Positions 39,960 to 50,000 of a stretch of DNA of 64,000 bases are shown here, piece by piece. The DNA lies in assembly GCA_021814545.1 (NCBI GenBank), contig JAKAID010000001.1, positions 41,590-105,589 on the forward strand, written 5' to 3'. A model generated the notes under the pieces. The model was not told where the DNA came from. It saw nothing but the letters and a program-made list of their open reading frames with translations, and did no database searches. Numbering within the stretch: the stretch's first letter is position 1; each line of letters starts with the position of its first letter. Both the position numbers and the translations under genes were made by a program. This stretch comes from a bacterium. GTDB lineage: Bacteria > Patescibacteriota > Minisyncoccia > UBA6257 > GWB1-50-10.

Positions 39960-41300
39960 TTATGAAGCTTTGCAGCCCGCATCGCGCATTTTGGGCACAT
40001 TATAAAGACTCGGAAGATAATATGCAGGGTCAATCGAAACGCCGACCGGTACCGTCCCCGCAGCGGGCGGCACTGCCTTGTATTGGACGCTCGGCGCCCA
40101 GAAGACGCTCAAGTGCAAATGCGGCCCGTAGGCATAACCAGTGTTGCCGAGATACCCTATTACGTCGCCGCGCTTAACAGTATCCCCTTCTTTCACTGCA
40201 ATTTTTGAAAGGTGCGCGTAGAGCGTCGTGAGGTTGTTGCTGTGCTGTATCAAAATGTGTTTGCCGTACTGGTAACGATTCCAGCGCGAGGTGCCCCGGT
40301 CATTGTTCCCGGTCTTTACCACTTTGCCATCATCGGCCGCAAGGACTGGCGTACCGATAGGTCCGCCGAAGTCTACGCCATTGTGGGATTTTGTGCGGTA
40401 GGCACGCGCAGCGAATCTGGTCGGGCCATAGCACTGCGTGATGTAGATATCGTCTACTGGGAACGAGAGTACGCCCGGACGCTTCAGTGGCAACAGGGTC
40501 GGGTCGAACGACTCGCGCAGCTTGTGCTCGATTTCTTCGATGACTGAGCTTATTTCCGCCTGTTTTTTATCAAGCTCGTCAAGTTGCTGCTGATAGTACT
40601 GCTCAACGTTCTTCGTCTGTTCAAGCAGACGCTGCTTTTCCGCTTTTTGTTCCTGCGTTATCTGCTGGAGATTCAGAAGGTCGCTCTTTTGAATTTCCTT
40701 TTTTGTCTTTGTTTTTTTATTCTGGTCTATCTTGTCCGTATAGTCTCCTTGCAGTTGCTGCAGGCTCACGATATTTTCGTTGAGCGATTTATTGAGCGTG
40801 GCGATGCTCTCGATGGCAGAAACGCTGTCGCTTAGCGACTCGCTGCGGAGAATGCGCTCAAAGAGCGTTTCGTTCTCGCGCTCCTGCAATTCGATGAATA
40901 GCTTTCCTATCGATTCTTTTTGGACCGCGATAGAGTTACGGATGTTGTCTATCTCATTGCTCAGTGAATCTATTTCGTAGTTCAGTTTTTCAATGTTCAC
41001 CGTATTCGATTTAATCGAAAGGTTCAGCTGATTGATATTGAGGTTGTATGTCTGTATCTCTTTGCTGATGCTGTCTTTCGAGCGCCCTACATCCTCAAGC
41101 GCCTTTTCAATGGGCGCGCGCTGCTCCTGAAGTTTTTGGAGCTCCACGCTTTTTTCCTCGATGTGTTTTTGGAGGTCGCTCATCGGTGTGCCCTGCACCG
41201 CCTGTGCAAGGAGCGCATTTTGCTGTGCGTGCACCGTCGCATCTCCGAAGAGCGCGACAAGAACGGCACACAGTATGACGAGTGCGGTAGTGCGGCGCAT
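39960..41300 (-). CDS. M23 peptidase with long coiled coil (EnvC-like architecture)
   Basis: HNGVD, YAHL, HLH; signal peptide. Confidence 0.92.
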   Translation of the reverse strand: MRRTTALVILCAVLVALFGDATVHAQQNALLAQAVQGTPMSDLQKHIEEKSVELQKLQEQRAPIEKALEDVGRSKDSISKEIQTYNLNINQLNLSIKSNTVNIEKLNYEIDSLSNEIDNIRNSIAVQKESIGKLFIELQERENETLFERILRSESLSDSVSAIESIATLNKSLNENIVSLQQLQGDYTDKIDQNKKTKTKKEIQKSDLLNLQQITQEQKAEKQRLLEQTKNVEQYYQQQLDELDKKQAEISSVIEEIEHKLRESFDPTLLPLKRPGVLSFPVDDIYITQCYGPTRFAARAYRTKSHNGVDFGGPIGTPVLAADDGKVVKTGNNDRGTSRWNRYQYGKHILIQHSNNLTTLYAHLSKIAVKEGDTVKRGDVIGYLGNTGYAYGPHLHLSVFWAPSVQYKAVPPAAGTVPVGVSIDPAYYLPSLYNVPKMRDAGCKAS

Positions 41301-41302
41301 GG

Positions 41303-42718
41303 TTATAATTCCGTTCTCAATTTTCCTATCGCTTCGCCGATGCGCGTGTCCGATTCCCGCTTTCCCAGCACGCGGAGCAGTTCAACGGGACCCGGCGACG
41401 CTTCCTGTCCAGAAAGAGCAACACGAAGCGGCCAGAGAACGTCGCCTCTCCCCTCTTCGTTCGCGTATTGCATAAGCGCCGCCTCCGTTCCTTCCGATGG
41501 GAAGGCGGAACCTTTGTCGCCCGCAAGGAGCGCACGCGCGTGTTCGAGACGCTCTGCGGTTTTTTCCGATGTTGCCTGTTTCCAGACGAGCATTGAGGGT
41601 TTGTAGTCCGCAAGCTCGAATATGAAGCCAACTTCTTTTCTGAAGTCCGCAAGATTTTTCATGCGGTCCTTTACGAGCGCGATGGCGCGCGTGAGCCTTT
41701 CTCTGTCCCCTGCCCAATGCTCAGGAACGAAAGACGCGAGGTGTTCCGCGAGCGCCTTCTCATCCATTGCACGAATGTGCATGGAGTTCATCCAATCCAG
41801 TTTTTCTGGGTTGTAGATAGCGCCCGCTTTTTGCACGCGTTTTATCGAGAATGCCTCTACCATTTCGGGCACGGTGAGCACCTCGCGGTTATCGGTCGGG
41901 TGCCACCCCAAAAGCACAAGGAAATTGAGGAGCGCGCTCGGTAGGTAGCCCTGACTGCGGTAGTCATTTATGGAATTCGTGAGGAAGCGCTTCGAGAGTT
42001 TCTTTTTATCCGGACCAAGGATGAGCGGCAGGTGCGCATAACGCGGCGTGGGAAGACCGAGTGCTTCCTGGAGCATCATTTGTTTTGGCGTATTCGAGAG
42101 GTGTTCCTCGCCGCGAATGACGTGGGTAATGCCCATGTCCGCATCGTCCACGACCGATGCAAAGTTATACAGCGGTTCGCGCATGCCTTTTGCGATGATG
42201 ATGTCGCCGAAGAGTCCCGTGTTGAACTCCACCTTGCCTCGTATCATATCGGTGAACGCGACTGTTTTCTCCGCCATTTTGAAGCGGACGACTCCGGGGT
42301 TCGCGCGGAGTTTTTCTGCTGCCGCTGCGGGTGAGAGCGCGCGGCACTTGCCGCTATACTTGGGAACGAGGCCCTGCGAGAGTTGTGCCTCGTATTCTGC
42401 CTCGAGTTCTTCCGTAGAGCAGAAACAAAAATAAACACGTTTCTCCTCAAAGAGTTTCTTTAACGTGCGTTCATAGATATCGAGCCGTTCGCTCTGGCGT
42501 ACGATAGGCTCGTCGCTTGCGAGCCCGAGCCACTCGAGGTTTTTTAACACATCTTCCTCGAAGCGCTTCTCCGAGCGCTGCTTGTCGGTATCTTCGATGC
42601 GGACAATGAATTTTCCTCCCTCGTGACGGGCAAAAAGCCAGTTAAAAAGGGCCGTTCGTACCCCGCCAATATGCAAAAAACCGGTTGGCGAGGGCGCAAA
42701 ACGTACTCTGACCTCCAT
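41303..42718 (-). CDS. gltX: glutamate--tRNA ligase
   Basis: RFAPSPTG, HIGG, KLSKR. Confidence 0.97.
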   Translation of the reverse strand: MEVRVRFAPSPTGFLHIGGVRTALFNWLFARHEGGKFIVRIEDTDKQRSEKRFEEDVLKNLEWLGLASDEPIVRQSERLDIYERTLKKLFEEKRVYFCFCSTEELEAEYEAQLSQGLVPKYSGKCRALSPAAAAEKLRANPGVVRFKMAEKTVAFTDMIRGKVEFNTGLFGDIIIAKGMREPLYNFASVVDDADMGITHVIRGEEHLSNTPKQMMLQEALGLPTPRYAHLPLILGPDKKKLSKRFLTNSINDYRSQGYLPSALLNFLVLLGWHPTDNREVLTVPEMVEAFSIKRVQKAGAIYNPEKLDWMNSMHIRAMDEKALAEHLASFVPEHWAGDRERLTRAIALVKDRMKNLADFRKEVGFIFELADYKPSMLVWKQATSEKTAERLEHARALLAGDKGSAFPSEGTEAALMQYANEEGRGDVLWPLRVALSGQEASPGPVELLRVLGKRESDTRIGEAIGKLRTEL

Positions 42719-42752
42719 GGCCAAAGTATACCCCAAAATGCAGGATTAGTCA

Positions 42753-43877
42753 CTATTTTACCGCACTTAAAATCTCGAGCGCGATGTCTTTCGCTGCATT
42801 TGGTTTAAAGAATGCTTGTGCTGCCGCGCGTACCTTTTCGCGGGCAACGCTATCTTTCATCATTGTCGCAATAAGCGAAAGTACGAGATGTGGCGTGAAG
42901 TTCGTCTCCTCTACCACCTGCGCCGCGCCTGTTGCGGCATATGCATACGCGTTCGCTCTTTGGTGGTCCTGTGCGGCATCGCTCAAAGGAATAAGGATGG
43001 CCGGCTTCCCTGCGGCCGCTATTTCGAAAATGGCGCCCGAGCCTGCGCGTGAGATGATAACGTCCGCTGCGTCAAAGAGCGCCTTCATCTGGTCGGCGGA
43101 GAGGTACCCGTACGCGCGGTACTGTTCACGGAGCTTCTCATCAAGTCCGCTCGTGCCGGTGTGCGCGAGCACCTGCGCGTTCGGGAGATTCTCCATGCCG
43201 GTTTGGTGTGCAATCTGGAGCGCAGGAAGGAATTGGTCGAGATTATCAATAATGAATGCGTTTATGCGGGTCGAGCCCTGCGAACCGCCGAGCACGAGCA
43301 CGAGCGGTTTTTCGGGGTCGAACTGGAACGCTTGCTTTGTAAGTTTTTGGTCGCTGCCGCGTGCGGAGAATATCGAACGCACTGGGTTGCCCACCACCCT
43401 CGTTTTTCCTTTCGGGAAATATTGCTCCGCATCTTTGAACGCGAGGAGTATTTTCGCTGCGGATTTTGCGGCAATCGTATTGGTGAGCCCGGGCACCGCA
43501 TCAGATTCGTGTATAACGACCGGAATGCCGTACCACTTCGCCGCGATAACGACCGGAAGCGCGCCGGGGCCGCCTTTCGAGAAGATAACATTCGGCATTT
43601 CCGAATACAGTTTTATGAGCGCCTCAAGCACGCTCCAGCCGAATTTGGGAATGTCGATGAGGTTTTGGAATGAGGCGTAGCGGCGCAGCTTGCTTGAAGT
43701 GATGGGGTATATCGTGATGGCGCGACGTTCAAACTCATTCATGAGCGCGTGTTCCGGACCGAAGTAAGAAAGGCGCATGTCGGGACCCGCAGTTTCGCGG
43801 AGTGCGTCAGCGACCGCAAGAAGCGGATACAAGTGTCCGCCCGTCCCCCCGCCTGCAAGTGCAATACGAATATCCAT
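42753..43877 (-). CDS. murG: MurG glycosyltransferase
   Basis: GGGTGGH, GNPVR, GGSQG, SRAG. Confidence 0.95.
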   Translation of the reverse strand: MDIRIALAGGGTGGHLYPLLAVADALRETAGPDMRLSYFGPEHALMNEFERRAITIYPITSSKLRRYASFQNLIDIPKFGWSVLEALIKLYSEMPNVIFSKGGPGALPVVIAAKWYGIPVVIHESDAVPGLTNTIAAKSAAKILLAFKDAEQYFPKGKTRVVGNPVRSIFSARGSDQKLTKQAFQFDPEKPLVLVLGGSQGSTRINAFIIDNLDQFLPALQIAHQTGMENLPNAQVLAHTGTSGLDEKLREQYRAYGYLSADQMKALFDAADVIISRAGSGAIFEIAAAGKPAILIPLSDAAQDHQRANAYAYAATGAAQVVEETNFTPHLVLSLIATMMKDSVAREKVRAAAQAFFKPNAAKDIALEILSAVK

Positions 43878-45007
43878 TATGCGCGTCTATATTTTGATAT
43901 GTTAGCAATGATGCCGCACATGGTCAAAAACACCGCAATGGAGGTGCCGCCGTAACTCACGAATGGCAGCGGTACGCCGGTCATCGGAATAACGCCCGAG
44001 ATAGCACCAATGTTCACGAATGCTTGGAGCCCGAAAAGCGATATGAAACTTGTCGCGAGGTAGCGCCCGAAATTGTCCGGTGATTTTCTCGCTATCTTTA
44101 GTCCGCGCCAGAGGAACGCAAGGAAGAATACGAGGAACGTAATGGCGCCCACGAAACCAAGTTCGCTCGCGATGACCGCAAAGACGGAATCTCCCATCGG
44201 TTCCGGAAGATAGAATTTTGCGGTTGAATTGCCGAAGCCTGCCCCGAAGAGGCCGCCGGAGCCTATCGCGATCTGCGACTGGTTAATGTGATATCCCTTA
44301 CCTGAGGGGTCCGTACTTGCGTTCAAAAAAGTATTTACGCGGTCGATGCGGTACGAAGACGAAGCGAACGGGTTGAAAATGAAAAGTATGACGAGGCCGA
44401 GACACGCAGCAAGAATGAGTGCCGCAACGAACCGTATGTTCGCGCCGGACGTGAAGTACACCAGGAGCGAGGTAAGAAAAATAAGGCCGGCGGTAGAGGT
44501 CGCGGGTTGCATCAGGAGCAGGAGCACCACAAGCCCCACCAGTATCGTGAAGGGCGCCAACCCTCCCCAAAAACTTTTCCCGCGCTGTTGCCCTTTCGCT
44601 ATCCATGCGGAGAGGTATATGAAAAACGCGAGTTTCATGAATTCGCCCGGCTGGAACGAGAATGAGCCGAGGTTTACCCAGCGGTCGGCACCTTTTGCGT
44701 GCTGCACGAGCGGCGTGAATACAAGGAGCAGTGCGATGATGCCCAGCACGAGGATGAGCGGCGCCCACTTCTCCCAGTTGCGGTAATACACGAAGTAACC
44801 GATGAAAAAGCCGATGATTCCCGGCAGGATGCCGTTCAGAAGCTGGTGCTTCAGATAATACATGCTGTCATTGAAGCGCGTTTTAGAAAGCTCGGAGGAT
44901 GCGCTCGTGAGCATCACAAGGCCGAACACGAGGAGTGCCACCAAAAAACCGATGAAGACCATGTCGGCGGCCGCACTGCGGGGTGTTACGCGTTTTAAAA
45001 ATCCCAT
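43877..45007 (-). CDS. ftsW: FtsW SEDS protein
   Basis: FQPGEF, AIGSGG, GVPLPFVSYGG; adjacent to murG. Confidence 0.9.
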   Translation of the reverse strand: MGFLKRVTPRSAAADMVFIGFLVALLVFGLVMLTSASSELSKTRFNDSMYYLKHQLLNGILPGIIGFFIGYFVYYRNWEKWAPLILVLGIIALLLVFTPLVQHAKGADRWVNLGSFSFQPGEFMKLAFFIYLSAWIAKGQQRGKSFWGGLAPFTILVGLVVLLLLMQPATSTAGLIFLTSLLVYFTSGANIRFVAALILAACLGLVILFIFNPFASSSYRIDRVNTFLNASTDPSGKGYHINQSQIAIGSGGLFGAGFGNSTAKFYLPEPMGDSVFAVIASELGFVGAITFLVFFLAFLWRGLKIARKSPDNFGRYLATSFISLFGLQAFVNIGAISGVIPMTGVPLPFVSYGGTSIAVFLTMCGIIANISKYRRA

Positions 45008-45008
45008 A

Positions 45009-46508
45009 TTACTTCGCTCGTGTGATAATGGTTCCCTGGAGCGCTTTTGCGAATATGTTATTTTTCAGCACATGCGCGCCGTTCACGAACACATGGACGG
45101 GGCGGAAGTTCTCATGGACCGCGATGTCCGCAAAATACCCTTCCTTTATCTTTCCGCGCTTTGCGATGCCGTATTTTTTCGCGGGGAGCGCGGTCGCCTT
45201 CTCTACCGCGCGCTCCATAGTGATGGTCGTTGAGGCAGACGCGAGCTTCAGCAAGGCCGGATAGGTGTCGGTGCTCGGCGAATATTTGAATTCGCGCTTG
45301 CCGAAACTTGCACTGTTCGTCGCGATGAGCGAATTGGGGTGCGCGATGAATGTACTGAGTACTTTTTCGTCTACCACCTTTGCGGAGATAGTGGCGCGAA
45401 GCCCCGTAATGTCCATAATTTTCAAAAACGCTGCCTCGTAAGTGAGGCCGGCGCGCGTGCCGAATTCGCGAACGGAGCGCCCCTCGAGAAATTTGAGTGA
45501 TGCGTGCGGGATATGCGCCACGATACAATCACGGGGCGCGGTCGCCCTGAGGTGCGCCACGAGCCGTTCGCGCGCGTGCGGCGCTTTCATGTTCGCATGC
45601 ATCGCCGCAAGGTCATTTTCGCGGAACCATTCAGGAAGCAATTCATAGACGAGCATTGTTGTCGTGAGGAACGGGTTCACATCGAAATGCACATGAAGCT
45701 TTGCAGATGCCTTTTCTATGATGCCCGCCGCTTCTTCGTAGAGCGTGCGGTGCGCCTTGAGTGGCTGGAGGTGCAGTATTTCCACGTTCGCATGCGTTTC
45801 GGTCGCGAGCATCATCGCTTCGTCCACCGCCGCGAGGAGCTCGCTGCCGGTGTTGCGCAGGTGCATCGCGAAAATGCCGCGCTGTGCCGCGACCGTGTGC
45901 GCAAGCGCGCGGAGCTCGTGGAAAGGCGTACGCGATGCGTGCGTGTATTCAAGTCCGGTCGAGAGGCCGAGTGCGCCTTCCTTGAGCGAGCGCGTTACTA
46001 TCGCGTCCATGCTTTGGAGCTCGGACTCGGAGAGGTCGCGGAACGCGTCGCGGGTGAATACCCGGCGAAGCGTGGTGTGGCCTATGAGTGTGCCGAAATT
46101 AATGCCAAGGCCGCGCCTCTTCATCATTGCGAGAAATTCTTTTACGCTCGTCCAGTTCACATTCGTATGGAGCTCGCTCCCCCATTCGCGCACAGCGCGG
46201 AGCGACCCGTCAAGGAGCGGCGCCAGCGATACCCCGCAATTTCCGCCTATCGCGGTCGTGATGCCCTGACGGATAAAATCTTCCTGGTAGGGTTCGTAAA
46301 AAAGCGAAAGATAATGATCGGCGTGAGTGTTTATATCAATGAAGCCCGGGGTTACTATGGCGCCCGTTGCGTCGATGACCTCGTCCGCGTGCGCACGCGA
46401 GAGCGTACCGCATTTTGCGATGCGATTTCCTCGTATCAAAATGTCCTTTTTTGCGGGAACGTTTCCCGTTCCGTCGTAAACGAGACCGTTCTTAATAAGC
46501 GTGGTCAT
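45009..46508 (-). CDS. N-acyl-D-amino acid deacylase-like amidohydrolase (degenerate active site)
   Basis: PGFIDINTH, QGITT..GNCG, GALGLSTG, RGKIKEGYFAD. Confidence 0.85.
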   Translation of the reverse strand: MTTLIKNGLVYDGTGNVPAKKDILIRGNRIAKCGTLSRAHADEVIDATGAIVTPGFIDINTHADHYLSLFYEPYQEDFIRQGITTAIGGNCGVSLAPLLDGSLRAVREWGSELHTNVNWTSVKEFLAMMKRRGLGINFGTLIGHTTLRRVFTRDAFRDLSESELQSMDAIVTRSLKEGALGLSTGLEYTHASRTPFHELRALAHTVAAQRGIFAMHLRNTGSELLAAVDEAMMLATETHANVEILHLQPLKAHRTLYEEAAGIIEKASAKLHVHFDVNPFLTTTMLVYELLPEWFRENDLAAMHANMKAPHARERLVAHLRATAPRDCIVAHIPHASLKFLEGRSVREFGTRAGLTYEAAFLKIMDITGLRATISAKVVDEKVLSTFIAHPNSLIATNSASFGKREFKYSPSTDTYPALLKLASASTTITMERAVEKATALPAKKYGIAKRGKIKEGYFADIAVHENFRPVHVFVNGAHVLKNNIFAKALQGTIITRAK

Positions 46509-46548
46509 TTCCTCTTTTTATTTTAGCACGTTGCGTGCTTCGGGGTAC

Positions 46549-47595
46549 CTATAGAAAGCGCGAGAGGAAGAAGAGCGCGAGGCCGAGGGTCGTCGTTACG
46601 ATGGTCACTATCCAGAAGCGCATCGTTATCTGGCTTTCGGGCCAACCGAGCGCCTCAAAGTGGTGATGGATGGGCGTCGAGAGGAACACCTTTCGTTTGA
46701 AGAACTTTTTACTCGCCATCTGGATGATGACCGTGATGGATTCGAATATCATGATGGATGCAAAGAATGGAAGGAAGAGCGCGGTGTTCGTGAGCATTAC
46801 CATCACGCCGAGCGTGATGCCGAGCGACATTGAACCCGTATCCCCCATGAAAAATTTGGCGGGGTAAATATTGAACCAAAGGAACGCAAGGAGTGCACCC
46901 AAAATGACCGTGTTCATCGCGGCGAGGTCAAAGCGGTGCGTGGCGAACGAAATTATCGCAAGCGCGCCGAATGCAAAAAAGAGCGTGCCTGCCGCAAGGC
47001 CGTCCAAGCCGTCCGTTTCGTTCGTGGAGAATGCGGTCGCGATAAGAATGAACATGAAGAACGGAATGTAGGTCCACCCCATCGACACATTCCCGTAGAA
47101 CGGAACGTAGAGCACGTCCCAGCCAAGGCGGTAGTAGAACCACCAGGCGCCTACGGCGGAAAGAAGCGTATAAAGGCCGAGTTTTTGTTTGATGCTCAAC
47201 CCCCCGCCGTGCGGCCCCTTCCCCATGATGCCGAAGATGTCGTCCATAAGGCCCACGATGGCCGCAAAAAAGAGCGAGGCGAGCGGGAGGTAGGTTTCTG
47301 CGCGGCTCACGAAATTAAAATAATTCGCGAACCCATCGAACATTTTCTGAAGTATAAAAAAGATGAGCGCGAGGCCTACCACCGTTCCCCAGATGATGAT
47401 GCCGCCCATGGTCGGTGTATCCGCCTTTTTCTTATGGAATTGGTAAAAAACCGGCGCGCTTGTTTCATCGCGAATATTCGTTTTTTTCACATTGAAAAAA
47501 CGCAGCAAGCGCACTATGAACGGCGTGGCGATGAGCGCTACAACGAAGGCGAGCGCGAAAAGGATGAGAATGCGAATGGCTTCGAATTGTATCAT
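46549..47595 (-). CDS. mraY: phospho-MurNAc-pentapeptide transferase
   Basis: TPTMGG, DD, NETDGLDG, FMGDTGS, HHHFE. Confidence 0.97.
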   Translation of the reverse strand: MIQFEAIRILILFALAFVVALIATPFIVRLLRFFNVKKTNIRDETSAPVFYQFHKKKADTPTMGGIIIWGTVVGLALIFFILQKMFDGFANYFNFVSRAETYLPLASLFFAAIVGLMDDIFGIMGKGPHGGGLSIKQKLGLYTLLSAVGAWWFYYRLGWDVLYVPFYGNVSMGWTYIPFFMFILIATAFSTNETDGLDGLAAGTLFFAFGALAIISFATHRFDLAAMNTVILGALLAFLWFNIYPAKFFMGDTGSMSLGITLGVMVMLTNTALFLPFFASIMIFESITVIIQMASKKFFKRKVFLSTPIHHHFEALGWPESQITMRFWIVTIVTTTLGLALFFLSRFL

Positions 47596-47601
47596 GGGTT
47601 A

Positions 47602-48540
47602 TTAGTTGAACACGTACGCATCGCGGACCCAGTTCAAGAGCTTCGTGATGATTTCCTGGCGATTATTGCTCCCGAGCATGATGAACGCAAGGCGTTCGTT
47701 GCCGAAATTGAAGAACGCGAGCAGATTTTGCCGCGCCTCGGGCGAGGTGCCTGTTTTGCCGCCAAGAAACCGCGAGTCGGTCACGAAACTGTCTATATTA
47801 TACACCGTCCGGCTGTGTGAGTCGTTCACCGGCTGTACGAGATAGCTTTGCAGGCGGGTCCACTCGATGATGTCAGGGTGGTGCACTACGAGATATTTCG
47901 CGAGCTTCACGAGGTCGTTCGCGGTCGAACGGTTGTTGCCCGAAAGGCCCGACGCATCTTCCATCGTGGTCTGGGTCATGCCGATAAGTTCCAGTTTCTT
48001 TTTGAGGAGCTTTTGGAATTCGGCGCGGCCGCCCGCGTATTCTTCGAACGCCGTTGCGGCGCGATTCGAAGAAGTGAGGAGCATTATTTTCGTGAGATCC
48101 TCCGCGGAATACACCTCTCCGCTCTTTAAGTCACCCGCAAGCCCCTCGGTTTGCAGCGCAACTTCGGTGATGGGAATGTGTTTTGAAAAGCCGATGTCTT
48201 CGGCGACCACGGTTGCGGTAACAAGCTTAGAAATGGACGCGATGGGCCACTGTTTGTACGTTTGATAATTAAAAAACGGAAATTGCGAATCGAGCGATTG
48301 TATCATTACCGCTTCTGCGTCCACCTGGGGGTCGAGCACCTCCCATTTCCTTTGCGGATAGCGGTGAAGGCTCTGCTGTTGCGCGATCGAAGAAACGGCG
48401 CCCGACTCCGTTGAAACTACGGTCGCAATATCAGCCGTACGGTTCGCGGCAGAAGGGCTCGAATGGTTATAGGCAAGGGTGATGGCGACCGAGCTTACGA
48501 TAAGGAAGGCAAGGATAAAGGTTTGAACGCGGATGGTCAT
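47602..48540 (-). CDS. D-alanyl-D-alanine carboxypeptidase (S11)
   Basis: SISK, SSN, KTG motifs. Confidence 0.9.
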   Translation of the reverse strand: MTIRVQTFILAFLIVSSVAITLAYNHSSPSAANRTADIATVVSTESGAVSSIAQQQSLHRYPQRKWEVLDPQVDAEAVMIQSLDSQFPFFNYQTYKQWPIASISKLVTATVVAEDIGFSKHIPITEVALQTEGLAGDLKSGEVYSAEDLTKIMLLTSSNRAATAFEEYAGGRAEFQKLLKKKLELIGMTQTTMEDASGLSGNNRSTANDLVKLAKYLVVHHPDIIEWTRLQSYLVQPVNDSHSRTVYNIDSFVTDSRFLGGKTGTSPEARQNLLAFFNFGNERLAFIMLGSNNRQEIITKLLNWVRDAYVFN

Positions 48541-48544
48541 GGGT

Positions 48545-49156
48545 TTAGGCGAGGTCAGGCTCTGCGGGCGGGACGGGCACCGTGGGTGCGGGCGCGGGGG
48601 CCTGGAGCTGTTCTTCGAACTGGCGCAATTTTTCCCGGTACGTTTCGTATTCAGGAAGGTCTTTTAACGATGCAAGCCCCATATGCTTCAAAAATTGTTC
48701 GGTCACCCGATAGCGGAAGGACATGCCCTTTTCATCGCAGCGCTCCACAAGGCCGCGCATTACGAGTGCGCGGAGAGTGAAGCTTCCGTTCACGCCGCGT
48801 ACGTAGTCTACTGTGGCGCGCGGCACGGGCCCGAGGTACGCAATGAGCGAGAGCGTTTCGAGCGCCGCGGGAGTAAGCGCTTCCCGGAATTCATCTTTTA
48901 CTATTGCTTCGCCTATCGCATGGTGTTCTGCTTTTGTGACGAGCTGGACCCTTTCTTCCTTACGGAGGAGCATGAGGCCGCGTGCGGGGTTTCCCGCGAG
49001 TTCCGTTTCCCATGTGGTAAGCGCCGTTGCGCACGCCTCGGGGGTCGTGCCGAGGAGTGATGCCATTTTTTTGAGCCCGAGCGGCTCGCCAAAATAGAAG
49101 AGTAGGGCTTCGATGCGTGCAGTAAGGTTCGGTTGGAGATTTGTTTCGTCGCTCAT
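48545..49156 (-). CDS. scpB: SMC-Scp subunit ScpB
   Basis: IEALLF, ALETLSLIAY, VRGVN, LPE. Confidence 0.95.
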   Translation of the reverse strand: MSDETNLQPNLTARIEALLFYFGEPLGLKKMASLLGTTPEACATALTTWETELAGNPARGLMLLRKEERVQLVTKAEHHAIGEAIVKDEFREALTPAALETLSLIAYLGPVPRATVDYVRGVNGSFTLRALVMRGLVERCDEKGMSFRYRVTEQFLKHMGLASLKDLPEYETYREKLRQFEEQLQAPAPAPTVPVPPAEPDLA

Positions 49157-49935
49157 GGCTTCGGTTCTTGGTTATTGTATTCGGCACCTTCCGATTTCGC
49201 AATCGTTATTTCACCAAAATGCCCCGACTGCTCCACGTCCGCAAGCTGCTGGCGGATAAGGTGGAGCACGGCAAGAAAGAGCACCACTATTTCCCCCCTG
49301 CTTCCCTTGCCGCCATGGAGGTTCGAGAAGGTCGTCGGTGCGCCCGTGATGAGGCGCGAGGCTATCTCTTGTATCTTCGCGCGGAGATTCACTATCTGAT
49401 TTTTCACTGTCGCCTTCGGTTTGAAGAGCTGCTCCAAGGTACCCACAAGCTTCATTGCGGATGCGTGGAGTGCCGCCGCACCTACTGCGGAGGGCGGATA
49501 AAAGAGCGGTTCGTGCGTGCCCATAAATTCGCGGGCAAACATCTGCGGCGTCTCGCTCCACTTTGCCTTCACATGTTCCTGTGTTTTCTTGAGCTCCTGG
49601 TAGAGCTTCAGGCGATGCTCAAGGTCGCGTATCTCCCCTTCTTCTTCAGGGCTTAGGGTAAGCGACGGAAGAAGCGATTTCGATTTGATAAGGAGGAGGC
49701 GCGAGGCGACCACAAGGAAATCCGCGAGGAGCTCGGGCGGCGCGTTGTAGAGCGGCATATCCTCAGCTGCACCCTCTTCGAGCGCGAGCTTGAATTGGTC
49801 GAGATAGGAGAGGAAATCGTTCGTAACCTCGGCGATGCTCACGCGCGAAACTTCGAGCCGCTTCTCTTCGATGAGCGAGAGGAGTTTGTCGAGCGGCCCC
49901 TTGAAGTATTCGAAATTAAGTTCGTATGCGGGCAT
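49153..49935 (-). CDS. scpA: segregation/condensation protein ScpA
   Basis: FKGPLDKLL, LIKSKSLLP, FLAVLHL. Confidence 0.93.
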   Translation of the reverse strand: MPAYELNFEYFKGPLDKLLSLIEEKRLEVSRVSIAEVTNDFLSYLDQFKLALEEGAAEDMPLYNAPPELLADFLVVASRLLLIKSKSLLPSLTLSPEEEGEIRDLEHRLKLYQELKKTQEHVKAKWSETPQMFAREFMGTHEPLFYPPSAVGAAALHASAMKLVGTLEQLFKPKATVKNQIVNLRAKIQEIASRLITGAPTTFSNLHGGKGSRGEIVVLFLAVLHLIRQQLADVEQSGHFGEITIAKSEGAEYNNQEPKP

Positions 49936-50000
49936 AGAAAAAGCGCGCAATGCGTATGTGATTATTATTGTACGCACCGCGCGCCTAAACCGCAATTCGC

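Noticed and set aside
662-46526. Long antisense ORFs (e.g. 662-1597, 15225-16334, 18486-19649, 45504-46526)
   Set aside because: Shadow frames of GC-rich conserved genes.
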